Shown piece after piece: positions 20,085 to 30,225 of a stretch of 64,000 bases of DNA; position 1 is the stretch's first letter; every line of letters begins with the position of its first letter. The position numbers and the translations under genes were made by a program. This DNA is from an uncultured archaeon (lineage in GTDB: Archaea > Asgardarchaeota > Lokiarchaeia > Sigyniarchaeales > SOKP01), in the NCBI GenBank assembly GCA_964486045.1, contig CAZALK010000009.1, positions 137,309 to 201,308 on the forward strand, given 5' to 3'. The notes under the pieces were generated by a model. That model was not told the origin of the DNA. It searched no databases and was given only the letters and a program-made list of their open reading frames with translations.

Positions 20085-20137
20085 AACTCAATGATCAACG
20101 TATTTTAATTTATCTTTTTGTTTCATGACTCAATAAT
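20060..20137. repeat. 42-bp-period tandem duplication of the gene start
   Basis: ATTTTAATTTATCTTTTTGTTTCAT(A/G)ACTCAAT(G/A)AT at 20060 and 20102. Confidence 0.9.
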
Positions 20138-20340
20138 ACCTTAAATGCAAGTATAATTCCTAATATATATACGGAAATAATATATAGAACATACTATATT
20201 TTTAGATAGATATAGTTTTAGCATAAAGGATTATTTATCGGATACCAATAATTATATTTTAATCTAAAAAGCTTAATATTTGTGTTATTTTAATAGTAAG
20301 TTCGTTTGTATTTCTTAATTATAGATGTGTAGGATAAAAT

Positions 20341-21444
20341 ATGTCAGAAAAAATCGTATATGTTGATGCAAAAACTCTTGAAAATTTCATGAGAGATGTT
20401 TTCATTGGACTTGAGGTGCCATACGAAGATGCAAAAATAATAGCTGAAGTTCTAATAACTTCTGATTTACGCGGAATTGATTCTCATGGTATTCAGCGAT
20501 GTAAAATGTACTATGACAGGATTAAGGCTGGTATTTATGAAGTAATTACGAAGATTGATATTATTAAAGAGGGGCCGACTACAGCTATATTGGATGGAAA
20601 CTGCGGAATGGGGCACGTTATTGCCTATAAAGCAATGAAACTAGCAATAGATAAAGCAAAAAAATATGGTCTTGGAGCTGTAGCTGTACGTAACGGTTCT
20701 CATTTTGGTATTGCAGGGTACTATTCCTTAATGGCAATTAAAGAGGGTATGATTGGTTTAGCTGTAACAAATGCACGACCTTCTATTCCTCCAACTTTTG
20801 GTGTAGAGCCAATGTTAGGTACCAATCCATTGACAATCGGGGCTCCTACAGACGAGATGTTTCCATTCCTATTAGATGCAGCAACTTCAATCATTCAACG
20901 AGGTAAAGTTGAAGTATATGAAAGAATTAATAAAAATCTCCCCAAAAACACTGTTATTGACGAGAAAGGTGAATTCCTTACAGATGCGGGGAAAGTGTTA
21001 CAAAAAATGGGTGAAAAAAAAGCTGCTTTGCTACCTTTAGGGGGAAAAGGGGAAGATACTGCAGGGTATAAAGGTTATGGGTATGCGACCGTTGTCGAAT
21101 TATTATCTGCTGCTTTACAAAATGGAATTTTTTTGAGAGACACTATTGGTATTGTTGAGAATGGTCAAAAAAGGTTAAAAGTTGGACATTTCTTTTTAGC
21201 AATTAATATTGAAAGCTTCAACGGGCTTGATTCATTTAAGAAAACCGCAGGAAGCATTATGAAAGATTTAAGAGAATCTCCAAAGGAACCAGGAGCAAAG
21301 AAAATATATACAGCAGGAGAAAAGGAGTATATGATAGAAGAAGAAAGGAAAAAAACCGGGATCCCACTTAATAAGAGTTTGCAACAAGATATAAAAACAA
21401 TGAAAGAAGAACTCGGGTTAGATAATTATACTTTTAACTTTTAA
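20341..21444 (+). CDS. Ldh_2 family oxidoreductase (malate/L-lactate/sulfolactate dehydrogenase-like)
   Basis: DLRGIDSHG, HFGIAGYY, GTNPL, GYKGYG and GHFFLAI. Confidence 0.92.
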   Translation: MSEKIVYVDAKTLENFMRDVFIGLEVPYEDAKIIAEVLITSDLRGIDSHGIQRCKMYYDRIKAGIYEVITKIDIIKEGPTTAILDGNCGMGHVIAYKAMKLAIDKAKKYGLGAVAVRNGSHFGIAGYYSLMAIKEGMIGLAVTNARPSIPPTFGVEPMLGTNPLTIGAPTDEMFPFLLDAATSIIQRGKVEVYERINKNLPKNTVIDEKGEFLTDAGKVLQKMGEKKAALLPLGGKGEDTAGYKGYGYATVVELLSAALQNGIFLRDTIGIVENGQKRLKVGHFFLAINIESFNGLDSFKKTAGSIMKDLRESPKEPGAKKIYTAGEKEYMIEEERKKTGIPLNKSLQQDIKTMKEELGLDNYTFNF

Positions 21445-21449
21445 TTGTA

Positions 21450-22889
21450 TTAAAAAATAATCCCTTGAGTTTGTCCCTCAATTGGTTCAGAATGAAGAAA
21501 TATTGTTTCTAGATTATCTATGCCTAATTCTTCTCTAATAATTTTCTCTAATTCAGAGATATAACTATGAATTTGTAATATATTTAATGACCCATCAAAA
21601 AAAACGTGCATCTCTAATATGCAATAGTCCATTGTAGCCCAAAATTCTAACCCATGATAACCCTTTACTTGCGAATGTTTTTTTAGCACTTCTTCAATTA
21701 TCTCTCCTATTTGTTTTATCATTTCTGGTCCCACATCTGCACATTTAATTTGATTTGAGGACATTGGTTCACCATGTCTTTGACCTTCAATATGAGTAAT
21801 AACTCGTGATATATATGGTGCTTGTTTCTTTAATTCACTTTCAAAATGAGATGTTATCTCATGCGCCTTTGTGAGTGAAAGTGAATCATTCATTACAACA
21901 ATTAAGGAAATAAAATGTTCATCCTCAAGTCTGAAAACATTTAGATCTTTAAAATTAATAATATCTGGGTACTCTGATTTCATTGAATAAATTAAATTAA
22001 TCAATCCCTCTCCTATTGATTTCTCGCTAGCCAAAGGATTCATCTCGACTATACATTCAACATTATAAAAAGGAAAGAGTTTATTACTTGAATTACGAAT
22101 CGATTTTATTATTTCATTTGCATGTACAATAGAGATATGGTCTTCTACTGATAGATTAACTTCTAAAAATAAAGTTTTACCGGTTACTCGCACTTTCAAA
22201 TTATGGACACCAACTACATGTTCAAGGGCAAATATATCCGTCCTTAATTTTTCAATTATTATTACACTTACCGGATTTGTATCTGTTAAATCCTTTACAC
22301 CACCTTTTGCAAGCTTAAACGCGCCGATAATGATCCATATTGAAAGAATAACACTAAATATTGGATCTAGAAATAATATATTAAAATAAGAGAAGATGAA
22401 ACTAAAAATGACAATTACAGCTCGCATGGAATCTTGAAACAAATTTAATCCTTGAATCTCCATAGTAAGACTTTTCTGTTCCCTTCCTTCTGAAATTAAT
22501 AATCGTGAAAATACTAAGTTCACTATAAATGAAATTACTAGAATTATTATCCCAACTTCGGGATTAAATACTTCCAACCTATTTGAAAGGACTACTTGAA
22601 TGGCGTTGTATATCAATAAACCATATATATTAATTAGAATTACACCTTGAATCAATCCAGAAATAGAATCTATTTTGCTGTGACCATACATATGTTCATA
22701 ATCAGCTGGTTTCTGGCTTGTATACAAGGAATATAGAGTGAGAGAAACAAATAAAATATCTGTAAATGTGTCTACAGTTTCAGATAAGAAGCTTAAACTA
22801 CCTGTTAATAAAACCCCAATAAGTTTTATAGTTGACTGAAATAAAACAACAACAAGAGTAAAAAGTCCAAATTTTAATTTAGAATTCAT
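21450..22889 (-). CDS. Cation diffusion facilitator with three C-terminal ZT-dimer-like domains
   Basis: KPADYEHMYGHSK TM core, then three repeats of the V/L...S..AHE/IHS...HxE(P) cytoplasmic domain. Confidence 0.88.
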   Translation of the reverse strand: MNSKLKFGLFTLVVVLFQSTIKLIGVLLTGSLSFLSETVDTFTDILFVSLTLYSLYTSQKPADYEHMYGHSKIDSISGLIQGVILINIYGLLIYNAIQVVLSNRLEVFNPEVGIIILVISFIVNLVFSRLLISEGREQKSLTMEIQGLNLFQDSMRAVIVIFSFIFSYFNILFLDPIFSVILSIWIIIGAFKLAKGGVKDLTDTNPVSVIIIEKLRTDIFALEHVVGVHNLKVRVTGKTLFLEVNLSVEDHISIVHANEIIKSIRNSSNKLFPFYNVECIVEMNPLASEKSIGEGLINLIYSMKSEYPDIINFKDLNVFRLEDEHFISLIVVMNDSLSLTKAHEITSHFESELKKQAPYISRVITHIEGQRHGEPMSSNQIKCADVGPEMIKQIGEIIEEVLKKHSQVKGYHGLEFWATMDYCILEMHVFFDGSLNILQIHSYISELEKIIREELGIDNLETIFLHSEPIEGQTQGIIF

Positions 22890-22901
22890 CTCTAGAATAA
22901 C

Positions 22902-23414
22902 TTAATTTTTTTCTGGTTTATATTTTTTTAAATTTGGAAAGAATAAATTCACTTTTTTTTTATAATGGGTATATTCTTCACCAAATTTATGTAATAAATA
23001 TTTTTCTTCTTTTCTGATAAAAATTCTAACGATTATGTAATATATCGGAAGAAGTAGAAATATAAGCCAACTATCGAAAAAACAAAAAATACCAGGAAGT
23101 ATAGCTAAGCCCCAAATTGCGTACATTGGATGCCTTACATGTGCATAGGTTTTTGAGGTTATTAATTCAGATGCATTGTAAGCGGGTTTAAGTATTTTCT
23201 CAGAGCGAATAAATATAAAAACACCTAATATTATTAGAATGGATCCAATAAATACCATCCAATAATATTCAATGGGATTCTGAAAAATTGGGCGATATAC
23301 TGAATTTATTACTCCAAATAAAATTAGAAATGGGCTCAAAGTCGTCAATATTTTAGGACCAACACCTAATAACGGAAAATTCTCTTTACCTTTGTCTTTA
23401 TCTTGGTTACTCAA
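22902..23414 (-). CDS. Isoprenylcysteine carboxylmethyltransferase/PEMT family membrane protein
   Basis: LIT...YAHVRHPMY and EEKYL...FGEEY..YKKKV. Confidence 0.9.
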   Translation of the reverse strand: MSNQDKDKGKENFPLLGVGPKILTTLSPFLILFGVINSVYRPIFQNPIEYYWMVFIGSILIILGVFIFIRSEKILKPAYNASELITSKTYAHVRHPMYAIWGLAILPGIFCFFDSWLIFLLLPIYYIIVRIFIRKEEKYLLHKFGEEYTHYKKKVNLFFPNLKKYKPEKN

Positions 23415-23721
23415 AATTTCTTCAAAACTTTTTTAATCTTATTAAAGGAGTCAAATTAATGAAAATTCCTAATTATATGAATTTAATACGGCATCAAATA
23501 TTAAATATTGAGAGAATTACAGAATTATTTGGCTGAAATATGGTTTTAAACGGAGATTTGTCATGAGATACTATTTTTTTTTTCACACCCTTTTACACTA
23601 CTAAAAACTTCAGAAATTAGCTTATACAACAAAGTCATAACCTTTATCCTACCTTTTAATATATGAATGATTTAATTAATAAATATATAAATGTTTACAT
23701 ATAGATAACCGATAATTAGAT

Positions 23722-25272
23722 TTGGTGAAAAGCTTAATAAAAGCAAATGATAATCAATTACTAAGAAATGATAGTTCAGGATTTCTAAAAAGAGTTTCTG
23801 ATACGAAAGCCAAGACTAAAACTATAAAATTAGATCTAATAATCTGGAATATTATCAACAAATTTAATTTTACAAAATTTTTTCATCTTTTTATTAAAAA
23901 TTGTCCTTCTTGTGGGAGAATATTTTCTGAAATTTTTATTGATTATTATATAAGTAAAGAGATTAAATGTAAAAAGTGTAAATACAAGACGATATTTTCT
24001 ACACTCCTGATTTCCTTCGTTCTAAATGCTGTCAGCAGAAGTTTAAATATCCCAAAAAAAAGATTTCCTGAGATATTGAGAGAAAATAAGCCTTTAAAGA
24101 GATTAGCTTTATCGTATATTGAAGGAATTGGAAAATTTGGAATGAAAATCCCCACGGTACCTATTGGTCCTCCTGTTGTTTTTTGGTCAGTTACCCATCG
24201 CTGTAATTTAAATTGTACTCATTGCTATGTCGATCAAGATGTCAGCGAAATGCCCTATAATGAAGCTTGCAATGTAATTGACCAGTTGTCAGAAGCGAAA
24301 AATTTTATTCTCATATTTTTTGGTGGAGAAGCACTTCTTCGAAATGATATTTTTGATCTTATGAGATACGCCACAGAAAAAAATATCAATGTCGCTCTTG
24401 CATCTAATGGAACTTTAATAAATGCTGAAAAAGCCAAAAAACTGAAAGAAATTGGTGTTGGATATGTTCAAGTAAGTATTGATGGTTTAAAAGACATTCA
24501 TGAGCAAATTCGGGGGAAGGATACATATGAAAAAGCAATTTCTGCTATTAAACATTGTTTAAATGAAGGTCTATATACATGCATAGGAACAACTATTACT
24601 AAATTGAATGTTCATCAATTTTATGAACTTGTTGATTTAGCAAAATCTCTAAAAGTTCAAAAATTTGAAATTGTAGATTTTGTACCATCAGGTAAAGCAT
24701 CGCTTCAAGCCCATATAACCTTAGACCCCCTTCAAATAGAAAGGTTTAGCGTTATTGTATGTGATACATGGCAAAAACTTATTGAAGAAGGGTATCCATT
24801 GACTCTCTCATACAAAAATCCCATTTTCGGTAGAGTCTTGGCACAACGGTTTCCAAAAGTGATGATTGCACCATTTTTTAAAAGTGTCTTTTCACAAGAG
24901 GCATTATCTTATTTTAATTTCTCTGAGAGACTTCAGAGTGGTGTATTTAGTAAACAAAGCCCTTTCTCTCCTTTTATTACAGGGTGTGAATGCGGTGTTT
25001 TTACAGTGCATATTAAATCCAATGGAGAAGTTACCCCTTGTCCTCTTAACCAGGCATCTTTGGGTAATGTTAAAAACCAACATATTCAAAAAATTTGGTT
25101 AGAATCTCCTATTTTAAATCAGTATCGTGGTTTGGAATTTGAGGGTCAATGTGGTAAATGTAATTACAAAAGTATATGTGGAGGGTGTAGAGCAAAAGCA
25201 TTCAATTCAACAGGGAGTTCTGTAACAACGGATCCGACATGTATGCTAGAAATAAGAAATATAAAAATCTAG
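23722..25272 (+). CDS. Radical SAM/SPASM domain protein
   Basis: CNLNCTHC, FFGGEALLR, VSIDG; SPASM CECG...PCP...CGKCNYKSICGGCRA...DPTC. Confidence 0.92.
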   Translation: MVKSLIKANDNQLLRNDSSGFLKRVSDTKAKTKTIKLDLIIWNIINKFNFTKFFHLFIKNCPSCGRIFSEIFIDYYISKEIKCKKCKYKTIFSTLLISFVLNAVSRSLNIPKKRFPEILRENKPLKRLALSYIEGIGKFGMKIPTVPIGPPVVFWSVTHRCNLNCTHCYVDQDVSEMPYNEACNVIDQLSEAKNFILIFFGGEALLRNDIFDLMRYATEKNINVALASNGTLINAEKAKKLKEIGVGYVQVSIDGLKDIHEQIRGKDTYEKAISAIKHCLNEGLYTCIGTTITKLNVHQFYELVDLAKSLKVQKFEIVDFVPSGKASLQAHITLDPLQIERFSVIVCDTWQKLIEEGYPLTLSYKNPIFGRVLAQRFPKVMIAPFFKSVFSQEALSYFNFSERLQSGVFSKQSPFSPFITGCECGVFTVHIKSNGEVTPCPLNQASLGNVKNQHIQKIWLESPILNQYRGLEFEGQCGKCNYKSICGGCRAKAFNSTGSSVTTDPTCMLEIRNIKI

Positions 25273-25321
25273 AACGCTAATTTATTATTCGGATTTATTT
25301 TATCTACAATTAATTATTATT

Positions 25322-27313
25322 TTGAAAATATCAATAAAATCATGTGTTGGTCTCTCAAAATTGAGGAATTTAGAGGAGATAAATCCTAAGGCATTTATAC
25401 AACTAAAAAGTGCTATTTATAAGACATTGGAGACATATTCCAATGTACATAGAGGAACAGGTCATAATTCAATAATAACTACTGCATTGTTTGATCAAGC
25501 ACGAGAAATTATACTTGAACATTTAAGGTTGGATAAAAAAAAATTCGCAGTAGTTTTTTGCAACCCCCGAAGATTGAGAATGTTTCAATTACAATTAAAG
25601 TTATCAAATTATCATGTCATTTCAAGTAAAGAGTATGGATTACCTTTAGGCATAAGAGCTTTAATAGCTAAGAAAAAAAACTTACGTAAATGTTCTATGA
25701 TATTTACAGGAGGCGGAATAATTAAACAGGTGACTTCTAATTCAGTTGTATGGGAAGAAATTCCAGAGAGATTTGAGGCTGGTACACCTAGTATTGTTAA
25801 TGTAATAACTCTTGCAATAGTTATTAAATTAACTGCAAAATTCGGTAAATTCATTAAAAAAAATAAACTAATTCATCCTCTTTCCATGCAAGAATTAATT
25901 TATCAAGATCAAATATTCGAATACAGTGGAAAAAAATTACTAGCTAAACTTAGGGATTTATTAATTGGTCGAGATATTGTAGTTCCTACAATAAATGGTT
26001 TAGAATCGTTTACTAATTTAGATAATGCTGCTAGTACTCCCACATTTATACCAATTTGGGATACATATTGGAAAACATTACAACAACCAGAACAAAATTC
26101 TAAACAAATTATTCATGAAGCTAAAAACATAATCTCTAATTTTTTAGACGCCCCTTTGAAGAAATATGATATAATTTTTACTTCAAATACGACTGAGGCT
26201 ATAAACATTGTCGCCCAAAGTTTAATTAGATTGTCTCGAGAAAAAATAGAACCTGTAATTGTAAATACTGTATTAGAACACCATTCTAATGAGCTCCCCT
26301 TCCGCTTTATTCCTAATTCATCATTAATTAGAACAGCAATCGATGATAAAGGGTTTGTAGATTTGAATGAATTGGAATCTGTTCTCTCAGAATATAATCA
26401 GGATCATAAACACGGGAATAAACGGATCCTTATCGTTGCTGTGAGTGGCATATCTAATGTTCTTGGAACTTATACTGATCTTTTCGCAATTAGCAAAATT
26501 ACTCATAAGTATGGTGCGAATCTACTTGTTGATGGGGCACAGATAGTTGCACATCATAAAATTGAATTAGAAAAACTTGATATTGACTATTTTGCTTTTT
26601 CAGGACATAAAAATTATGCCCCTTTTGGAAGTGGGGCTCTGATAGCTAAAAAAAATCATTTAAAATTCGAAACTAAAGAATTAAGTGAAATTAGAGAATC
26701 TAATGAAGAAAATGTATGCGGGATTGCAACAATGGGAAAGGCAATCTTGCTCTTAGAAAAGATTGGTATTGAAATTATCGAAGACCATGAAAAACAATTA
26801 ACGCAACTTACTTTAAACAGATTAAACAAAATAAAAGATGTGGAAGTTTTTGGAGTTATTGACCCTAATTCAAGCAACTTTAGTAATCGGGGGAGCATTA
26901 TCTCTTTTAGTTTGAAAACAATTCCACATAATCTAGCGGCTAAAGAACTTGCCGAATATGGGGGAATCGGTATACGCAATGGTTGTTTCTGTGCTCATAT
27001 GTTAATTCAACAAATACTTAAAGTTCAACAAATTAGAATTCTAGGATCAGAGATGACTTCAATAATAATGCCAGGAAAAACGAGAATGTTACTTCCTGGA
27101 TTATTAAGAGTAAGTTTTGGTATTGAAAATGATGAAAGGGATGTAGATATTTTATTAAAGACAATTGATACCATAATGAAAAAACCACGATCACAGATAA
27201 ATAAGCTTCTTAGCTACATCTATAATGGAACGGTTTTTGTCCCTAAAACTAAAACTGGGGAAAAAATAAAAGGATTTGTTAAGCTTATTATTAAAAAAGT
27301 TTATTCAAACTAA
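25322..27313 (+). CDS. Class V PLP enzyme (SufS/cysteine desulfurase-like) with a partial N-terminal duplicate domain
   Basis: LDNAASTP, FTSNTTEAIN, EHHSNELP, DGAQ, FSGHK and RNGCFCA; an extra N-terminal ~200 aa carries YSNVHRG and RFEAGTP. Confidence 0.88.
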   Translation: MKISIKSCVGLSKLRNLEEINPKAFIQLKSAIYKTLETYSNVHRGTGHNSIITTALFDQAREIILEHLRLDKKKFAVVFCNPRRLRMFQLQLKLSNYHVISSKEYGLPLGIRALIAKKKNLRKCSMIFTGGGIIKQVTSNSVVWEEIPERFEAGTPSIVNVITLAIVIKLTAKFGKFIKKNKLIHPLSMQELIYQDQIFEYSGKKLLAKLRDLLIGRDIVVPTINGLESFTNLDNAASTPTFIPIWDTYWKTLQQPEQNSKQIIHEAKNIISNFLDAPLKKYDIIFTSNTTEAINIVAQSLIRLSREKIEPVIVNTVLEHHSNELPFRFIPNSSLIRTAIDDKGFVDLNELESVLSEYNQDHKHGNKRILIVAVSGISNVLGTYTDLFAISKITHKYGANLLVDGAQIVAHHKIELEKLDIDYFAFSGHKNYAPFGSGALIAKKNHLKFETKELSEIRESNEENVCGIATMGKAILLLEKIGIEIIEDHEKQLTQLTLNRLNKIKDVEVFGVIDPNSSNFSNRGSIISFSLKTIPHNLAAKELAEYGGIGIRNGCFCAHMLIQQILKVQQIRILGSEMTSIIMPGKTRMLLPGLLRVSFGIENDERDVDILLKTIDTIMKKPRSQINKLLSYIYNGTVFVPKTKTGEKIKGFVKLIIKKVYSN

Positions 27314-27338
27314 AAATATTAATGGATTTAACCAAATT

Positions 27339-28211
27339 TTATGTAAACTCCCCACTTGCTATAATAAAAGCTTTTCCACCAACTGAAACACTGATTTTAC
27401 CTTCAATCTCCTCTGCTTTTAATAATAATAAGCTAGGTCTACCAACTTCATATCCCTGTTCCACTCTAACATCGATACTGTTTTTACCAAAATATTGACG
27501 ATTTACCAAATATGCTGCCAAACAACCATTACCTGAACCAGTCGCAGGATCCTCAAATCCAGGAACTTCTGTAAAAACACGAACACTCAAATGATTTCCT
27601 TTGTTACGGGCTTCAGGACAGAATATTAATATTGATTTAGCACTTGTATTTTCTACTAAATCAAAAAATCTTTCTCGTCCGACTCGAGCTCTTTTTAAAG
27701 CATCTAGATTCTTTAACGGGACAATTATGTGAGGAAGACCTGTTGAAACTTCTTGAATTGGAAACCTAATATCAATATCTTCCTCCTTTAAGTATAATGT
27801 TTTTGCAATTAATTCAGGATCAAAGAATTTCCCAAATGCAGGAATATTCTGTTCCATCCATATTTCTTCGGTATCCCCAGATTTATATTTAAATAGAATA
27901 GGTATTTGTCCAATTTTAAGATTTAAGGACAGAGTTTTGACATTAGATTTTATAATTTCTTTTTGAAAAACATAAGCAGTTCCTATAGTTGGGTGACCTG
28001 CAAAAGGCAATTCTACGTCAGGTGTAAAAATACGAATGTTAAAATCTTTAATAGATGTAATAAATGTAGTTTCAGAAAAATTCATTTCTCTTGCTATTTT
28101 TTGCATTTCGGTATCGGAAAAAATATCTTCTGCTAAAAAAACAGCAAGTTGATTCCCTTCATACTTTTTTTCAGCAAACACATCAACGATATAAAATTTA
28201 CATTTCGGCAA
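27339..28211 (-). CDS. PhzF family (DAP-epimerase-like) protein
   Basis: VDVF...GNQLAV, MNFSETTF, RIFTP..ELPFAGHPT and EDPATGS. Confidence 0.95.
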   Translation of the reverse strand: MPKCKFYIVDVFAEKKYEGNQLAVFLAEDIFSDTEMQKIAREMNFSETTFITSIKDFNIRIFTPDVELPFAGHPTIGTAYVFQKEIIKSNVKTLSLNLKIGQIPILFKYKSGDTEEIWMEQNIPAFGKFFDPELIAKTLYLKEEDIDIRFPIQEVSTGLPHIIVPLKNLDALKRARVGRERFFDLVENTSAKSILIFCPEARNKGNHLSVRVFTEVPGFEDPATGSGNGCLAAYLVNRQYFGKNSIDVRVEQGYEVGRPSLLLLKAEEIEGKISVSVGGKAFIIASGEFT

Positions 28212-28305
28212 ATTTAATCCCTCTTTCTTGTTAAAGCTTAAGGTATAAGATAAATAGTAGTGTTATAAAGATAAATGTTTTTTATTTCTTTTTAACCTTA
28301 ATTTT

Positions 28306-29172
28306 CTATCTTTTTACTGGGGAAGCATAGCAATAATCACAATTATGTCTACATCGAAATATTCCTGTATAACCCCCTATATCTTTGGATTTAAAACATC
28401 CACAATCTGTTCTCTGTCCAGTGTCCTTTATTTTTGGAATCTTCTCGTTAATTAATTTTTCAATTTTAAATGCATCAATACAGTGAGCCTGCTCTATTCC
28501 TTCGATCTCTAATAAATCAGGTTGACAACAAGCTTTCATTTGTAAATTAAATTCAAGGCATATTTTCATTAGGATTTCTAAAATCTCCCTCTTCTTCTCT
28601 AATGCTGGATCAATGGGGATATAACCTCTAGCATTCATCCTATTATTCACCTTGGAATATATAGTTGCAAATGAGAAAATGATTTCTGTTATTCCTTTAT
28701 TGGCTACCTTTTCAATGATACTTTTAAACTTATCCAAATTATTTTTTATTTGATTTGAATCTTGAACTTTGTAAAATATTATAGGATCAAATCTGTAATT
28801 GACAGCGGATAAACTAAATTCTTTAATAAGCCATTCTAATTGTTCAAATCGTTTGCCTAATGAAATTTTGAGATTTTTTTCTAATTGTGATGGAGAATTA
28901 ATTGTAAATTGAAAAGAGTGTCCTTTAAACGACTTGAAAAGATTTCTATTATTCTTATATACCCTAATCCATTCTTCGAAATTTTTGCTCCACCATACAA
29001 TACATTTTACATCTTTCGGGTTTAATGAAACTCGAGTCACCTGTTTACGATTAAAAGGATTAGCTACATCAACATAACCCTCCTCTATTCTTTTTAGAAC
29101 CCAATCCATTAAAAAGGCTGGTATGTCTGTTCTACGTGAACATGAAATTATTGGAGATTTAATAAGATTCAT
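28306..29172 (-). CDS. DUF1848 family protein
   Basis: IIS.SRRTDIPAF, RFDPI, HCID, GQR..CGC..S.DIG.Y and C.H.C.YCYA. Confidence 0.92.
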   Translation of the reverse strand: MNLIKSPIISCSRRTDIPAFLMDWVLKRIEEGYVDVANPFNRKQVTRVSLNPKDVKCIVWWSKNFEEWIRVYKNNRNLFKSFKGHSFQFTINSPSQLEKNLKISLGKRFEQLEWLIKEFSLSAVNYRFDPIIFYKVQDSNQIKNNLDKFKSIIEKVANKGITEIIFSFATIYSKVNNRMNARGYIPIDPALEKKREILEILMKICLEFNLQMKACCQPDLLEIEGIEQAHCIDAFKIEKLINEKIPKIKDTGQRTDCGCFKSKDIGGYTGIFRCRHNCDYCYASPVKR

Positions 29173-29226
29173 TAAGTTTATGGATAGTTTTAATAATTAT
29201 TTCAATGATTCTTAAAATTTATAGAT

Positions 29227-30096
29227 TTAAATTAAAACTCCTAATAGATAAGAAATTGATCCAAACTGCATTATGAAAAACACCCAGCCTCTCAATTTTA
29301 TGATATTAACGCGATTTTGGTTTTTTAAGAGAGATCTTGAGAGTATAATATAAAAAATGACTGGTATTAGTATAAGCATTAAGAACATAAAATCTAAATA
29401 CAAGCGTGGATCAATATTTAGAAAAAAAGGTAACGGATCTAAAATAACTATAACAATGTAGAACAGAGTAGAAATTTGTGCCGCTTTTTTAGTACCGAAT
29501 CTCGTAGAAATTGTGTTTATGCCTTGTTCGTTATCACCTTTTACGTCAGCTATATCAAACATAATTTCAGTTGCAAATCCTACAATGAATCCCATAATTG
29601 CATAGTATATTATTAAGGGTTCAAGATATGAATCTATAATAAGCGATCCTAAGAAAATCGTACTTAAATATGAGAAAGCAATTAAAAAATTTTTAACGTA
29701 CAATTTTTTCTTTAAACCCATACTATATACATAAAATATGGGTAAACTAATAAATACGAGAATCATTGCTATAAAGTTTAAGAAAAAGCTAAGAAAAATG
29801 ACTATAAGAAATGATGATATCGCTGTAATTAAAGCTGTTTTTCTCGATATTAACTTAGTAACTAAAGGACGATCACTCCTATTATTAGCTTTATCAACCT
29901 CAAAATCATAATAATCATTAATAGCGAATGCTCCTGATGCAGAAATTAAAACAATAAAAAAGGCAAATAAGTATTCAACTTGAAAACCTACCAGGTCTCC
30001 AGCAAGAAATCCTGAAATAATCAATCCGATACACCCAAATAATGATACTCCAAATCTTGTTAGTTTCAGAAAGCCAGCAATTTTATGTTTAAACAT
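29227..30096 (-). CDS. UbiA prenyltransferase, DGGGP-synthase-like
   Basis: NDYYDFEVDKAN...RPL and DIADVKGD...G..T motifs. Confidence 0.88.
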   Translation of the reverse strand: MFKHKIAGFLKLTRFGVSLFGCIGLIISGFLAGDLVGFQVEYLFAFFIVLISASGAFAINDYYDFEVDKANNRSDRPLVTKLISRKTALITAISSFLIVIFLSFFLNFIAMILVFISLPIFYVYSMGLKKKLYVKNFLIAFSYLSTIFLGSLIIDSYLEPLIIYYAIMGFIVGFATEIMFDIADVKGDNEQGINTISTRFGTKKAAQISTLFYIVIVILDPLPFFLNIDPRLYLDFMFLMLILIPVIFYIILSRSLLKNQNRVNIIKLRGWVFFIMQFGSISYLLGVLI

Positions 30097-30225
30097 GATC
30101 TGTTAAAAAAAATTCTGAATAATAATCAATATTAAATCTAAAATTCGAAATAAATCTACCCTATATTTTTTATAAAACTTCTTTCTAAATCATCTTTTTT
30201 AAAGCTTGAAATATTTTAAATTATT

